DNA from: Podarcis erhardii
Lineage: Eukaryota
Assembly (NCBI GenBank): GCA_964252035.1
Contig: OZ176204.1
DNA length: 64,000 bases
Strand: one strand, 5' to 3'
Shown here piece after piece: positions 50,898 to 62,834 of this stretch (the first letter of the stretch is position 1; the number at the start of each line of letters is the position of its first letter). Below the pieces are notes generated by a model. The model did not search any database and was not told the DNA's origin. It saw only the letters and a program-made list of their open reading frames with translations. The translations under genes and the position numbers were made by a program.

Positions 50898-53730
50898 TAA
50901 AAGGCAAGGTAGGTCCTGCAACTTCCCTACCCCGCTGGGCAAAGAGAAAAGAGGGTGGAAGAGAAAGTGAAAAGGGATAGAGGCCTACCCACATTTGACT
51001 CTCCCCCCCCCCACTCTCAGCATATTCCACTCCCCAGAACTACTCCCAAACAACTGTGGCACTTAATGTGTGTTTGTGGAGTTACTTGAGCCTGCTGCAG
51101 GGCATGATCTGAACCCTCACATCATCTTCCTCCCAATCACATGGCTTGTTTTGTGTTGATATGCTTTCCCATTTTGGAAACCCATGGCTCCGTTTTTCAC
51201 AAATGAATTAGGAAAAATCTGCTCACAGAACATTGCAGGGTCTCATGGTAATATACTCTAAAAACTCTTAAATCCCTTGCAGGCTACTGTGCTTCATCAG
51301 TATGAGGAGCATCCTATTGCTGAGATGGTGTATCTCACAAGACAACGAAGCATCTGAAACCAATTTGATGGTGCACTGCTGCCGCCTAGTGGTCCCCATT
51401 AAGAAAAAACCTGCATACATATCTCCAAAGAGTCATGGGATTTCCGTAATAAATTGATTTATTCCAAATATTCATCCGAATATTTATATGGAAGACAGAA
51501 CACATCTGGAAAACTAAAGGAAGCATTTGTACTACTGCAACTAGCACCCCCTCCAGCAAATTAAATGCCTGGACAAAGTGCTTATCCACTACGTTCATAG
51601 TTCCTTTTTTAAAAAAGTTGCCTCTATTTGAATGAAGCCTATCACTGCAACATTTTCCCTTGATTTAGGGGGAAAATCTATCAACAAAAGCCATGGAAAA
51701 CATCTTGCAACTGGCTCAATAAGAAGGTGACATCTCAAGCATTACTGTGAGCCCATTTCATTTTTGCAGACAGAGGCAGAATGGAGCTGGGATTTCAGAG
51801 TATTCTGGTGACACAGAGAGCCAAGAAGGAGCTGTGTTTGAAATGGATGCCTGATGGTTGTGGCTGTGAGCAGGAATAGATTACCTCTCTTTGTAGCACA
51901 CTGCACAGCCATTAAAAACCCCACCACAACTGCGTAACCAGCAGTAAGCAGAGCAGAATTTTAACATATTTCTGTAATCTTAAGGTTTGACGTCTGTATG
52001 CATTCTACCTGGGGCCTTCCCACTTGTTTTAATGTCCATCATTGCATTTCTTTATTCTGGGCAGGTCGGTTCTGCATGCCCTGTGCTGTGTATTTCATGT
52101 GTCTAATTTACTGTTTTTACCCATGTCACTAAGGGTGGCTGCTGAAATCTCATTCACATGGCAATTAAGTTCATTGCAAGCCAAGTTATTTCCCTTTAAC
52201 CATCACTGGTTGTACATAAAAGTAAAAAGGCAATCATGGGGAAAATCTGATTTATATTTTGTGTAACCAGAGTATGATGATTACCTCATCAAATCCAAAA
52301 TAAAGAGCAATGAGCATTCAGCCTAGTAGAACTGATTTTTCCCATTTGTCTCTGAATCACTGATGCCTCAATTACCCTGCTGACTTAGTCCTTAGGCAAT
52401 ATATTAAAATTGGATTCGACTCTGGTTTGTGCTCTCATTTTAACAACTGGTAAATAATACTAATTGACATTGTGTTTTAAACTATTCCAACTGTTTATTT
52501 TCTAAGTGAACAAAGAAAACAGAGTATTGTAGTATACGGGATTGTGGGCTGGGAAAATGTGAACAGAGGTGAAAATGGCAGTAGTACTGGATTTTCCATA
52601 GAATAGATTAGAACCAACCAGCCAAATCCACATAATTAGCTGTCATTTTTCTGCATTTTGCTTTAAGGATGCATCTAGACAGCACTTATGTTGCATTTGT
52701 GTCTGGGTACCTAACCTCTGCACATGTTCTATATATGTGCATGCTTCTTCCTCCAGGGACTGTGGCTCATGTTTTGGGCTTGCTGTTGTTTTTTAATAAA
52801 TGCTGAATTTGTGAAACTGCACCTATATAGAGAATTTATTAATCTAATTAATTTCCACACACACACAAAAAGCAGGGCAGGGAGCAAGGGACCTTGGGAT
52901 GCTGCTGCAAAGAAACTGGTTTGTAGGGTCATAACATATGCAAGTTCAGCTGAGGACAAGGGAAGTTATACAATATAAGCAAAATGTATAGGAAGTAAGT
53001 GGAATGATGCAAGTTTACTGTCCCGGGAGACAGGAAACCATTTCAACAGTGGAAGAGCAACAATGTAAGACTACTGTCCACACCTATCATGCAAAAGCTT
53101 ATAGCTCTTCAATGAGTATAAACTTGTGTCTGAAGGTTAAAAACACACACACGCACACACACACACACACGGAAATGTAGTGCAAAAGGTGAAAAATAGT
53201 AGGATGTTGAAAGAACAACAAGGACTTATCAGCCACATCTTAGGACATACTCCATGACACACTATATGAAATCAGTTTGTGTTTTCATCAACAAAAATTG
53301 TCCCACCCATCATGTTTTTGACTCAGCACTCAATGTGTCTGTGTTTAGATACCTAATGCCCAGAGTTTTAAGACTAGTAGTTGAAATGGAGGCCCAATCA
53401 GCTCCAGAGAAGTAAATACACTTTGGGAAAGAAATGGAGCTTCCTTTCTGGTTTGTTTACCCTGCTGCCTCTTCTGCTATCAGCAGTGACTTTGGAAAGC
53501 AGCTGTATGAGTGAGAAAGTGAGTTATTATTAGATACTGGAGGAGCGGGGAGAACTCAGGTGTCCTTATTCCCAGGCAAATGCCTTTACCGCTAGGTAAA
53601 GCAGAATTCCTTCTTTGAAGCAAAGGCCTGGGCTGTGGATGGCAAGCAGAGCACAGCATCATGACATTACAGCTCGTCCCTTCACCCCTCCCGCCTTAAA
53701 AGGCCACTTGAGCTCTACCTAGAGACTTAC

Positions 53731-53816
53731 TGCTGCCTCATCAAGGGGATGTTGACGCAGTTGGCAGCAGCTACCGCTGCAAAGGGGACCCAGCGTGCCA
53801 CAAGGGATGGTGCTCT
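53731..53816 (-). CDS. SFXN2: Sideroflexin-2, coding exon 5 (86 nt)
   Basis: [28 protein letters not shown](Q). ttgcag| and |gtaagt. Confidence 0.97.
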
Positions 53817-54240
53817 CTGCAAGGAGACAGGAGTGCAATTAGGAGGAGGACCAGATCTTCAGAACTCTGTGTGTGTTTTCAGGAGGGACACCGTGCCTAT
53901 GCTATGGATACCATAGGCACTGTATGCCTAATACCAAGAGTTATTCCACTTCCCCAAATTCTTATAATGAATACACATCTGCTTACAATAACACTATGCA
54001 ACAGCTGGAGCCAAGGAAGGGAGGAAGGGAGGGAAACATCTCACAGCCAAAATAAGCTTCGTCCAGGATGGTGGGCCTTCCCACTATCCCATTGTACAGT
54101 TCCCAAGGCTGATGCATAAGAAGCAGACAGTCACACTTCCACAGCTCCAAAGACACTGGAAGAAGATGCCAGATTGCCTCCCCGTCTGCAGCCTTGCTGC
54201 CCCTTTGTTGTTAGAAGAACGACGCATTTTCCTACGATAC

Positions 54241-54316
54241 CTTGGTGTAAAGGTTGAGTCCTACGGCAGTTGCCAAGGCGGTGCTGGTAGCAGTGAAATA
54301 AGCAACTCCAATTTGC
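54241..54316 (-). CDS. SFXN2: Sideroflexin-2, coding exon 4 (76 nt)
   Basis: QIGVAYFTATSTALATAVGLNLYTK. ttccag| and |gtatcg, phase 2-0. Confidence 0.96.
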
Positions 54317-55167
54317 CTGGAATCATCCAAAGGGTAAACAGGTTAGGTCCATAGACAGTCCATCTCAGTTCATGAATTGTGCAACAGAGGGACTCCTCCA
54401 CACCACCAGTGTGGTCTTACTGTGGCAGGCTTCTTCACTACCTGTCATCCCTACACTGTTGGCTCTCCAATAGCCACACGACATCAAGAATCTTTCCAAC
54501 TCTAGCTCTGTGATCCAATGGGAGGGGAAACAGAACTACCATGAAGTCTATTGCTGTAGACAGAGCATCAGGTTGCCTAACAACAGCCTCTTCCCCACTT
54601 CAGCCGGGTAAAAATCTACCATCATACAGTCTGAAGCCATCCATGTGAATAAGCTATATCACATCACATATAGGGGCAATAAGAAATGGGGTCTTTGATT
54701 CTGCCACTCCAAAAGTACCACCATGCTCTGTTCACTGGAGCCCGTTTCAGAAGTGCCAAGTACCCTATCAACTTGATAGGGTTACTATGATAAATGGATG
54801 CATAGCAATTTGCCTGCATCATCCGATTTCCCCAGAGGGCGCTTCCTGCCAATGTAGTCAAACTATTCAAGCTGATAGAGCAAATCCTAGCTTAAGCCAG
54901 ACAACAAGCCTGACATGCTAAAAGACTGAGTGAAATTCAGTGTTGCTCACTTCCAGTTGTTCCACCTGCTCTCCAGATGGAATCATCCCCCTCCTTCCTT
55001 GCATGCTATTCAGGAAATTCTCCTGTCCATTTCCCAGAGACAATTCCAGGGGTTGTACAGGGGAAGAGAGTGGGGGGAAGCACCGCTGTGTGGAAGGCCT
55101 TCTGTTGATGGGGTTGGTTAGGTGAATCCTGCCTCATGCCATCAGGTAACCCTAAACAGGTACTCAC

Positions 55168-55266
55168 TTGAGGGAGATGGGGCTGGCAGCATTCCGGTTG
55201 GTGTAGTTCACAATGGCATTGAAAGACTGATTCACCCACTGCCAGAAAACTACAGCTGGAACTGTC
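55168..55266 (-). CDS. SFXN2: Sideroflexin-2, coding exon 3 (99 nt)
   Basis: [32 protein letters not shown](K), the conserved WQWxNQSFNA..NY.NR motif. ctacag| and |gtgagt. Confidence 0.97.
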
Positions 55267-55986
55267 CTGTAGACAAGGGAGTGAGAGAAAAAAGATCCAG
55301 AAGCCAGAATAGGATTGTGCATCCATTTAAATAACCAAAAGTGACACCACTGTTATCATTTTTCTGGCACAAGGTGTTCACCTTTATCAGACTTGGTCTT
55401 TAGTTGCATGCAACACCAAGCCAAAGCAGGACTTACAGTGAACAAGCAAACGTGCAGGCTCCTGGTTGTTCGGCTGAGCTAAACCATGGTTTGGGGTTTA
55501 GTGTTTTAAAAGCACTGGCTGCACACAGATACGACTTTGTGAGTGCACTGTCTGTCTGCTCAGCCCATGCATAGACTCTGCCTGTGTTCAAATCCTCTCG
55601 GAACTCTCCTTTACAGTTTAATCCTACCTGTGTCTACTCAGAAGTAAATCTTATTTAATTCAATGCCTCCTGCTCACACGCAAGTGGGATTAGGATTGCA
55701 GCCTTAGTTACAATTAGTGTCTGCTACTAATTTCTGCAATAAAATAGCAGGTGCACAGTGCTAAGGATTAATTGCCTGAAAAACATTTCACTGTTAATGT
55801 AGCACCTGACAGCAACTCTTGAAGACCGATCTAGAACAGGAATAAAAATGGGAGAAAGTAGCGCAGGCACGATAAGGAACAGATTTCAAAATTCAGTTGA
55901 GATCACCAGCGCTTGAAAGGAATAAACACCCAGTATTCCATGCCTCACAAAAGCAACTTCCTGAAACAACACTCCTCCCGTCATAC

Positions 55987-56157
55987 CTGTAAAACTGCAG
56001 CATGCAGCCCGTGATAGCCATTCCCCCGGGGACTTGAAACGACATCCTCCCTATCAAATTCATCTTCTCACCAGAGTCAGGGTGGAAAGCGGAGTCATAA
56101 AGCTTCTTGGCATAGAACAGCTGCTCTTGGTTGGTTCCTGGAGGCACAATGCCTGCC
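55987..56157 (-). CDS. SFXN2: Sideroflexin-2, coding exon 2 (171 nt)
   Basis: [56 protein letters not shown](R). ctgcag| acceptor, |gtatga donor, phase 2-2. Confidence 0.97.
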
Positions 56158-56303
56158 CTGCAGGCATGAGAAAGAAGTAACTGTTCCAGCACCATTTCCT
56201 AATACCTCGAGCCTCCAAACTATATAGCAGCACCCTCCCCCTGCTACAAAGTTAAGCCCTGGGAGAAACACTCTCACACAGCACACACACAGATATATTC
56301 TTA

Positions 56304-56546
56304 AAAAGGTAAAGGTACCCCTGACTGTTAGGTCCAGTCGTGGATGACTCTGAGGTTGCGGTGCTCATCTCGCTTTACTGGCCGAGGGAGCCGGCGTACA
56401 GCTTCCGGGTCATGCGGCCAGCATGACTAAACTGCTTCTGGCGAATCAGAGCGGCACACGGAAACGCCGGAGCGGTACCTATTAATCTACTTGCACTTTG
56501 ACATGCTTTCGAACTGCTAGGTGGGCAGGAGCTGGGACCAAACAAC
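56304..56546 (-). mobile_element. Sauria SINE, 5'-truncated with a small internal deletion
   Basis: Tail and core match the other copies. Confidence 0.88.
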
Positions 56547-56830
56547 AGTGTCTAAATCCCTACATGTCCTTTATGGTATTTTTTCAACACCAGGTCCAGG
56601 ATAGAGAAATTCTGTTAAAGTGTTGTCCCTCTCATCAGATCGAGGTTTGAAAATTCAGGTATTCACAAATTCAGGTATTCACGTTTTCTGTAATAGACTC
56701 TAGAGTAACAAGGACACTGTGCCTTACTCACCAGTTTTGTGAATAAACCTGAATACGATCTATGCTTCGATCATGCAAGAGTACCAAATGCGTTTGTTTT
56801 TTTAAAACCATTGTTAATTGCCCAGGCTAC

Positions 56831-56991
56831 CTGCAGCTCTCCACCAATGCCTTTGCTGAATCCAGTTCATGTTCCGACACCAGCAGCGTCCTTGGGTCCG
56901 TGATGTTGAAAAAGTGCTTCACACGCCCCATAAAAGTGTTCTGGTCCCAGCGAGGGATGTCAATGTTAAATGTGGTGACACTGGCTGCCAT
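56831..56991 (-). CDS. SFXN2: Sideroflexin-2, coding exon 1 (161 nt; exon starts at 56995 with 4 nt of UTR)
   Basis: MAASVTTFNIDIPRWDQNTFMGRVKHFFNITDPRTLLVSEHELDSAKALVESC(R) is the sideroflexin N-terminus. Acceptor ttctactctgcag, donor CAG|gtagcc. Confidence 0.97.
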
Positions 56992-57635
56992 TTTACTGCA
57001 GAGTAGAAAAGGAATCCGCAGGTCAGTGCATGAGCTCCATGGTTTACCCAAATAAAACCAAGGATTATGGTTGACATGTGTGTTCACCTGGAGATGGCGA
57101 ATGCCCTTTTAAAAGCTGCAAAGTTTTGAGAAAGGATGCATCTGTGTTAAGTCTTGCCCCGATGGTTTAGCTGTCCTGCCCATTCTCCTATGTGAAATAG
57201 AGGAAGACCCACCACCACTGCAAGACACTGGTAGGAAATGCAACTCCTGCACACTTTCTTTTTAAATAAACAGGTGCTATTGCCATAGGAAGGGCAATAA
57301 TGCCTTCCATCAGCACAACCATATCCACTTGCACTAAAGAACTCTCCTGTGAACTCCTCAAATCTGCTCCGGGTGCTGAGGGAACCCCTAGAAGAGATTG
57401 AGGGGGCACAGTGCTTAAATGGTGCATGTCAGGCAACCAGCTATCACTATTTTGCCACAAACACACAGAGGTCCAGGAAGGATAAAGATGTGCGGAATGA
57501 GTGGCGCATGCCTGGCACATAAGCGATGGCCATGATGTCAAAGTGGAATTGTGATGACTGATACCAGTTTTGGGTGTAAAACTTGGGGGTCTCCACAAGT
57601 TTTACAAATTAGAAACCTATAAATTGGTGATATAT

Positions 57636-57637
<2 letters not shown>

Positions 57638-57669
<32 letters not shown>
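57638..57669. repeat. (GT)n microsatellite
   Basis: Direct reading; others at about 6428, 8625, 12360 and 53143. Confidence 0.95.
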
Positions 57670-57672
<3 letters not shown>

Positions 57673-58108
57673 ACAGAGTCTCAAGGTGTGCCTGAAAAAT
57701 GAAACTATTAGATTCAAAGGAATGTAACTAAGAAAAGAGGCTGGGAAATTCTGTGAAAATCCCACTCTCCAAAGAACAAGTTATTTATTTGTTCATGCCA
57801 TGAACTTTGGCATGAACTGGATCACACTGTGACTTTTCAGCCACAGAAATACACAGAGGGGGAGGAAGAACTTTATTACCTTGTTGTTCACATATCGTAC
57901 ACTCAGCATGTATGGAATCTACAGCATAATCTTTGCTAAGGTAATTGCTATACATTCCAAAGAAATTCTATGCATGCTCTGTTAAAATATTAAACAGCAG
58001 CCCTTCATAGTACCACTGAAAGGTTAGAACTAACCATAACCAAGAGAAATTTCTTATGCAAACAGCCCCTGGCCAGTGTCTTTATGAAGTATAAGGCATT
58101 ACCAACTA

Positions 58109-58350
58109 CAGTGGTACCTTGGGTTACAAACACTTCAGGTTACATACGCTTCAGGTTGCAGACTCCGCTAACCCAGAAATAGTACCTTGGGTTAAGAACT
58201 TTGCTTCAGGATGAGAACAGAAATTGTTCTCCGGCGGCGCGGCAGCAGCGGGAGGCCCTATTAGCTAAAGTGGTGCTTCAGGTTAAGAACAGTTTCAGGT
58301 TAAGAACGAGCCTCCATAACGAATTAAGTACTTAACCCAAGGTACCACTG
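58109..58350. mobile_element. Tigger/pogo-like MITE, copy 1 of triple cluster
   Basis: Full TIRs, TA flanks. Confidence 0.92.
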
Positions 58351-58393
58351 TATCTGGAAGTCTTGGGAGCAACTACAGTTACCATTTCAAATA

Positions 58394-58627
58394 CAGTGGT
58401 ACTTCGGGTTAAGAACTTAATTCATTCTGGAGGTCCGTTCTTAACCTGAAACTGTTCTTAACCTGAAGCACCACTTTAGCTAATGGGGCCTCCTGCTGCC
58501 GCTGGAGCATGATTTCTGTTCTCATCCTGAAGCCAAGTTCTTAACCCGAGGTAATATTTCTGGGTTAGCAGAGTCTGTAACCTGAAGCGTATGTAACCTG
58601 AAGCATATGTAACCTGAGGTACCACTG
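58394..58627. mobile_element. Tigger/pogo-like MITE, copy 2 of triple cluster, inverted relative to copies 1 and 3
   Basis: Full TIRs, TA flanks; internal sequence is the reverse complement of its neighbours. Confidence 0.92.
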
Positions 58628-58824
58628 TATATCCTCTGAATTCTTTTGGAAAGTTTTTGATTCTGGTTAAGGAATTCAGCAAAATCTGCATATATAATAT
58701 CAAAATCAAAATGGATGGGATTTTAACATAGGGAAAGGTATGAAGAAATGTAATTAATACTAAACAACATTTAATTTCTTGGAGAATTCCCCAATTTAAT
58801 TATTTAGGGATCAGAGTCACAATA

Positions 58825-59066
58825 CAGTGGTAACTCGGGTTACATACGCTTCAGGTTACATATGCTTCAGGTTACAGACTCCGCTAACCCAGAAATATTA
58901 CCTCAGGTTAAGAACTTTGCTTCAGGATGAGAACAGAAATCGTGCAGCGGCGGCACAGCAGCAGAGGGAGGCCCCATTAGCTAAAGTGGTGCTTCAGGTT
59001 AAGCACAGTTTCAGGTTAAGAACAGACCTCCAGAACGAATTAAGTTCTTAACCCAAGGTACCACTG
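58825..59066. mobile_element. Tigger/pogo-like MITE, copy 3 of triple cluster
   Basis: Full TIRs, TA flanks, same orientation as copy 1. Confidence 0.92.
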
Positions 59067-59934
59067 TATATGTATTGAAAAATTAAATGAACATAGTAAA
59101 AAAGAATTACTGCAAGAAATGAATGGAGATTTAACAAGACAGGCAAGATTTAAAATATCTTGTACAGGAAAATTATCAACCTCTCTGAGAGGTCACATCT
59201 GACAACAGGGTGATAGGTAGTGTGGAGAAGAATAAAAGATAGCCAAGATTTATAAAATTTCATTAACAGTCAAGATGTGTAGAATATTTTACTGGCAGTT
59301 TAAGTCAAGATACCATGCTCAGCAAGAGTATAGCTTACCCTTGTGGCTACAGAATAATTAGATCTCCAAAGGCATGACTAAGACAAAACAGAATTAAGTG
59401 TTTATAGGCACAAACTGCCCTTGACCTCTGGATAAATATTCAACTCTTTCTGTTAATGGGCAGCAGTCTCTGTCAAGTAGAGAATTGTCATCTAACTGGT
59501 GGCTGGAATAAACAGGAGGATATCGGTATAGTTAAATGGATTTATGCTGGGACTGAAGTGGGAGAGCTGGGGGGAAATGAGGCTAGACATCAAAAGGAAA
59601 AACACATAAGTGCTGATTATCTTTTAGTTACCAGAAATTGAAAGAGACACACTATTAAGGGAGATAAGCCCTAGAAAAGGTAGAGAAGGCCTTCTACTGC
59701 AGGCAAAACTCTGGTTGTTTCAGATTCTGAACCCTAATTTTGTCTAAAGGAGAGGATTAGAAAATGGTATCCTGGATCACCAACTCCAGTATTTATCTGT
59801 GAGTACTACCTCAGCAAACTATAGTTTTCTCCAGGTGTCAGCTTCTCCCCACTTATAAGAAGACAACTGCACACACCAGTCACATGCTAGATAGTCTCAC
59901 ACTTTACAGAGAAATTATCAGTCTGGTTTTCCTC

Positions 59935-60030
59935 ACTGGAAGGTTTTGCATCACCAACCTTTTAGAATTCTTTGAGGTAGTCAATGAAGATGTAAGCAAG
60001 GCTGAAATGGTAGACAGTATATTCTTAGGC
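59935..60030 (+). mobile_element. CR1 reverse transcriptase fragment
   Basis: GRFCITNLLEFFEVVNEDVSKAEMVDSIFL resembles CR1 GKSCLTNLLEFFE.V...VD....VD..YLDF. Confidence 0.75.
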
Positions 60031-60699
60031 TGGACTTCTAGGAATATTCGGCAATCATGGGCAATCGTTTATAGAGCAGTAACTGGATTAAAACACACAC
60101 AAAGAGATAATAATAAAGAGTTTTCACAGCTGAAGCAAATAAACCCTACTTTTCACTTAGCTCATATTTCTCTCAACTTCATGTCTCCAACATGTCGTCT
60201 CAGATTCCTGCTTTTCAGACACTGCTTACCGTACTTTGTCCCTCTTCCTTGAACCTCCTTAGTAGGTCCCTCTCCTTCCCTTTGTAGCATATAGTCCCTG
60301 CCCAAATCTTAAGTCACGTTCAGAATAACCCCCCGGTTAAGCCCTTTCCAGTTCTGCCATTCCCCTCGCCACATCATTTTCAGGTCCCTCTCCCCAAGTG
60401 TACTTTATAGGTAGGGCAGAGCTTTCCAAAGTTTTCATGTTGGTTTCACACTTTTTAGACATACATCATTTTGCAACACAGTAATTCAGTTTTGCTAGCA
60501 AACTGAGGGGTTAAACTAACCCCTTTCCAGCCCTGGAAGTAGAATGGGGAGCGTTTGCACGACATACCTACTCACTGTAGCCAACACATTAACATGTAGC
60601 AACACACAGTTTGGAAAGCTCTGGGGTAGGGGGTTGTTTCCCTACATCACAGACATCTTGCCATTCTTTAGCCATCCCCTGTGTGGCATGGAAACCCAG

Positions 60700-61225
60700 T
60701 CAAAATGATAGCCTTCTGTTCCTTCATAGAAGTTGGACTGCAAACCATTTAGTTTCCTGAGCAGTTGAACACTGTTAATTGCCATTTGAATGAAGACAAA
60801 GTGAGAGATTGGGTTGAGTCCTGTAATTGGGGTACCACCACTGAGAAGGTCCTGTTTGTACAGCAATTTCCTGGACAATACTCATCAACGGTACCATAAG
60901 CAGGGTCTCCCCTGCAGATCTCAAAACTCAGTTTGGCTAATACTATGGAAAGTGTTAATTCAAATACTTGGGTTCTAAACCATTCAGGGGTTTATACATG
61001 AGTACCAGCACTTTGAATTCGGCCCAGTAACTCACTGACAGTCAGTCCACTGTTTTCAGGATTGGTACAATAGGACCCCAACTTGCTTCTCTAGATAGCA
61101 AATGGCAGCCACATTCTGCACTAGCTGCAGGCTCTGGACTCTGCTCAAGGGCAACCCCTTGTAATGTACAGTCCAATTAGGAGGTTAACAGAGCGTGGAT
61201 TACTGTATTAAGGTTAGCCTAGTCC
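60700..61225 (-). mobile_element. L2 LINE ORF2 3' fragment
   Basis: Minus strand with frameshifts: TVIHALLTS.LD..GLPL..VQSLQLVQNVAA..EFKVLVLMYKPLNGL.P.YL. Confidence 0.8.
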
Positions 61226-62339
61226 AAGAATGGCTGTAGCCAATGAACCAATCATAACTGAGTATACATACTCATTACTTCAGGTGCCATGTGAGCCTTG
61301 CTTAACATTCACAAACACCAGCAGTTGGAAGGGTCAGCTATCAATACTGAAAGACTGGGAGGCGGGGGGCCTGAAGAACTGTACTGATAGTAAATATTTT
61401 GTGTCCCCTACTCCTCTGATAATCTCCACCTCCACCACAAACCCACAAACAGTGGCACTCTTAACTCCTCCTTATGCACGCTACCCAGGCAATATCCCTC
61501 CAATCAACCAATCATCGCTCAACTACCACACACACAATCCTTTTGATATCAACTACCCTGACGATTGAAAGTGTGACAGGTAAAGGGCAGAGAAACTGAC
61601 AAAGTACTGTACAAAAAGTTACTGTAAATACATAAGGTGCATGAAGAGGCAACCCAGTTGATACATGATGCAGAACTGCTAAATTTCTACATAATCAACA
61701 GGGCCACAGATGGTTTAAAAAACAATTACAACAATCTGATCAGGAGCAGCCAGCTGTTATTCACCACCTTAAAACATAACTTGGTAGTGATTTCTCACTC
61801 TACTACCCCTGCTCTGTGGAAATACTGTGTATCAAGTGTAGAACAAGCCTATTAACTACAACTCTGTTTATCTCTAATTACCAGATGAGAGCACAAACAA
61901 CAGGGGATACCTATTCCCATTATGCACCATTTGTGAATCACTGTTTGTACACACACCGTACACACGTCTTCTGGGAGCTGCAGTTTGTGAAGGCTGCTGG
62001 GAACTGTAGTTCAGCGAAGGTGTGTGAGTCTGCTTTAACTATATGGTGAGTACGCAGCCCCAAACATCTCCATCCTCTGTCGAATCCGCTCTTCTCTCCT
62101 GCCACTGAAGTTGGCACGCCAATGCCTACCTTCACTACTGAACTCTTCCACTTCACACCCCGCAAAAATGAGCGACATTCTCACAGCTGCATATATATGC
62201 ATATGCATGCACACACAAACACGTATATATATAACAACAGGTTTTCCTTCTAACAATGCAGAAACAGTGTCACTAATACCCTAAGAGCGCAGCACCACAC
62301 ATGCCTCGCGTCTTGCCAAACTTCTCCCCTTCTGCTACA

Positions 62340-62341
<2 letters not shown>

Positions 62342-62375
<34 letters not shown>
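62342..62375. repeat. (ATT)n microsatellite at the edge of the CpG island
   Basis: 11 perfect units. Confidence 0.95.
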
Positions 62376-62376
<1 letters not shown>

Positions 62377-62496
62377 ATGTTGTTCTTCCCTCCCCGGCGT
62401 GTCCTGCATTCCGCGGGAAAGCAAGCCAGGCCGCCTCTATGGTTTTCTCTTACTCCTAACTCCTCGTGGCGCTTCCCGACTACCACTCACTCCTAC

Positions 62497-62660
62497 CTGC
62501 AGCTCGCCAAGCACCAATCAGCAATGCCGCCGCCTTCCTTTCTCGTGCACATGGGCACCGCTTCTAACCCCGCCCCGCCGAGGACGCGTGGCTCTCCTCA
62601 GCCAATGAAAGGCTGGCTTAGTCGCGTCGGTGCCCGCGTCGACGCAGGCCGCATGTATCT
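62497..62660 (-). other. SFXN2: SFXN2 non-coding exon 1 (3' end from donor; 5' end approximate)
   Basis: Donor GCAG|gtagga at 62497/62496 in the CpG island, plus a second donor GGA|gtgagt 6 nt further on. The first coding exon has an acceptor just before its ATG, so an upstream exon is required. TSS not determinable. Confidence 0.65.
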
Positions 62661-62799
62661 GACGAGGGAGGAGGCTGGGTTCTTTGGAGGGAGGGAGGGA
62701 GGGAGGGAGGGGAGAGAATAGGGTAGTGGGCGGAGCTTGTGCGTCGAACTCGAGACGGACGTTCTACGTGGGAGGAATGCAGTGCGCGCGCATGACGCA

Positions 62800-62814
62800 G
62801 TTGCCCATGGTAAC
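62800..62814 (+). promoter_or_regulatory. RFX X-box GTTGCCCATGGTAAC
   Basis: Fits GTNRCC-N0-3-RGYAAC exactly; ends 17 bp before the ARL3 ATG. X-boxes are typical of ciliary gene promoters. Confidence 0.8.
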
Positions 62815-62831
62815 CGGGAGCCGCGTAGAGG

Positions 62832-62834
62832 ATG
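62832..62834 (+). CDS. ARL3: ATG-only first coding exon of the divergent gene, ARL3 by synteny
   Basis: gaggATG|gtgagt in a CpG island head-to-head with SFXN2. Mammalian ARL3 lies head-to-head with SFXN2 and, as I recall, codes only the ATG in exon 1. Identity rests on synteny since no other coding sequence is present. Confidence 0.75.

Noticed and set aside
52270-52340. Box C/D-like motifs (ATGATGA ... CTGA)
   Set aside because: On the strand opposite the host gene and lacking a terminal stem.
56724-56740. Strong donor CTG|GTGAGTAAG 99 nt downstream of the SFXN2 coding exon 1 donor
   Set aside because: Although a multiple of 3, the extension hits TAG immediately; no evidence of use.
61230-61855. 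Two tandem plus-strand ORFs (112 and 72 aa) with C/A skew, considered as a viral or TE remnant
   Set aside because: No recognisable motif in any frame; cannot be supported without a database search.
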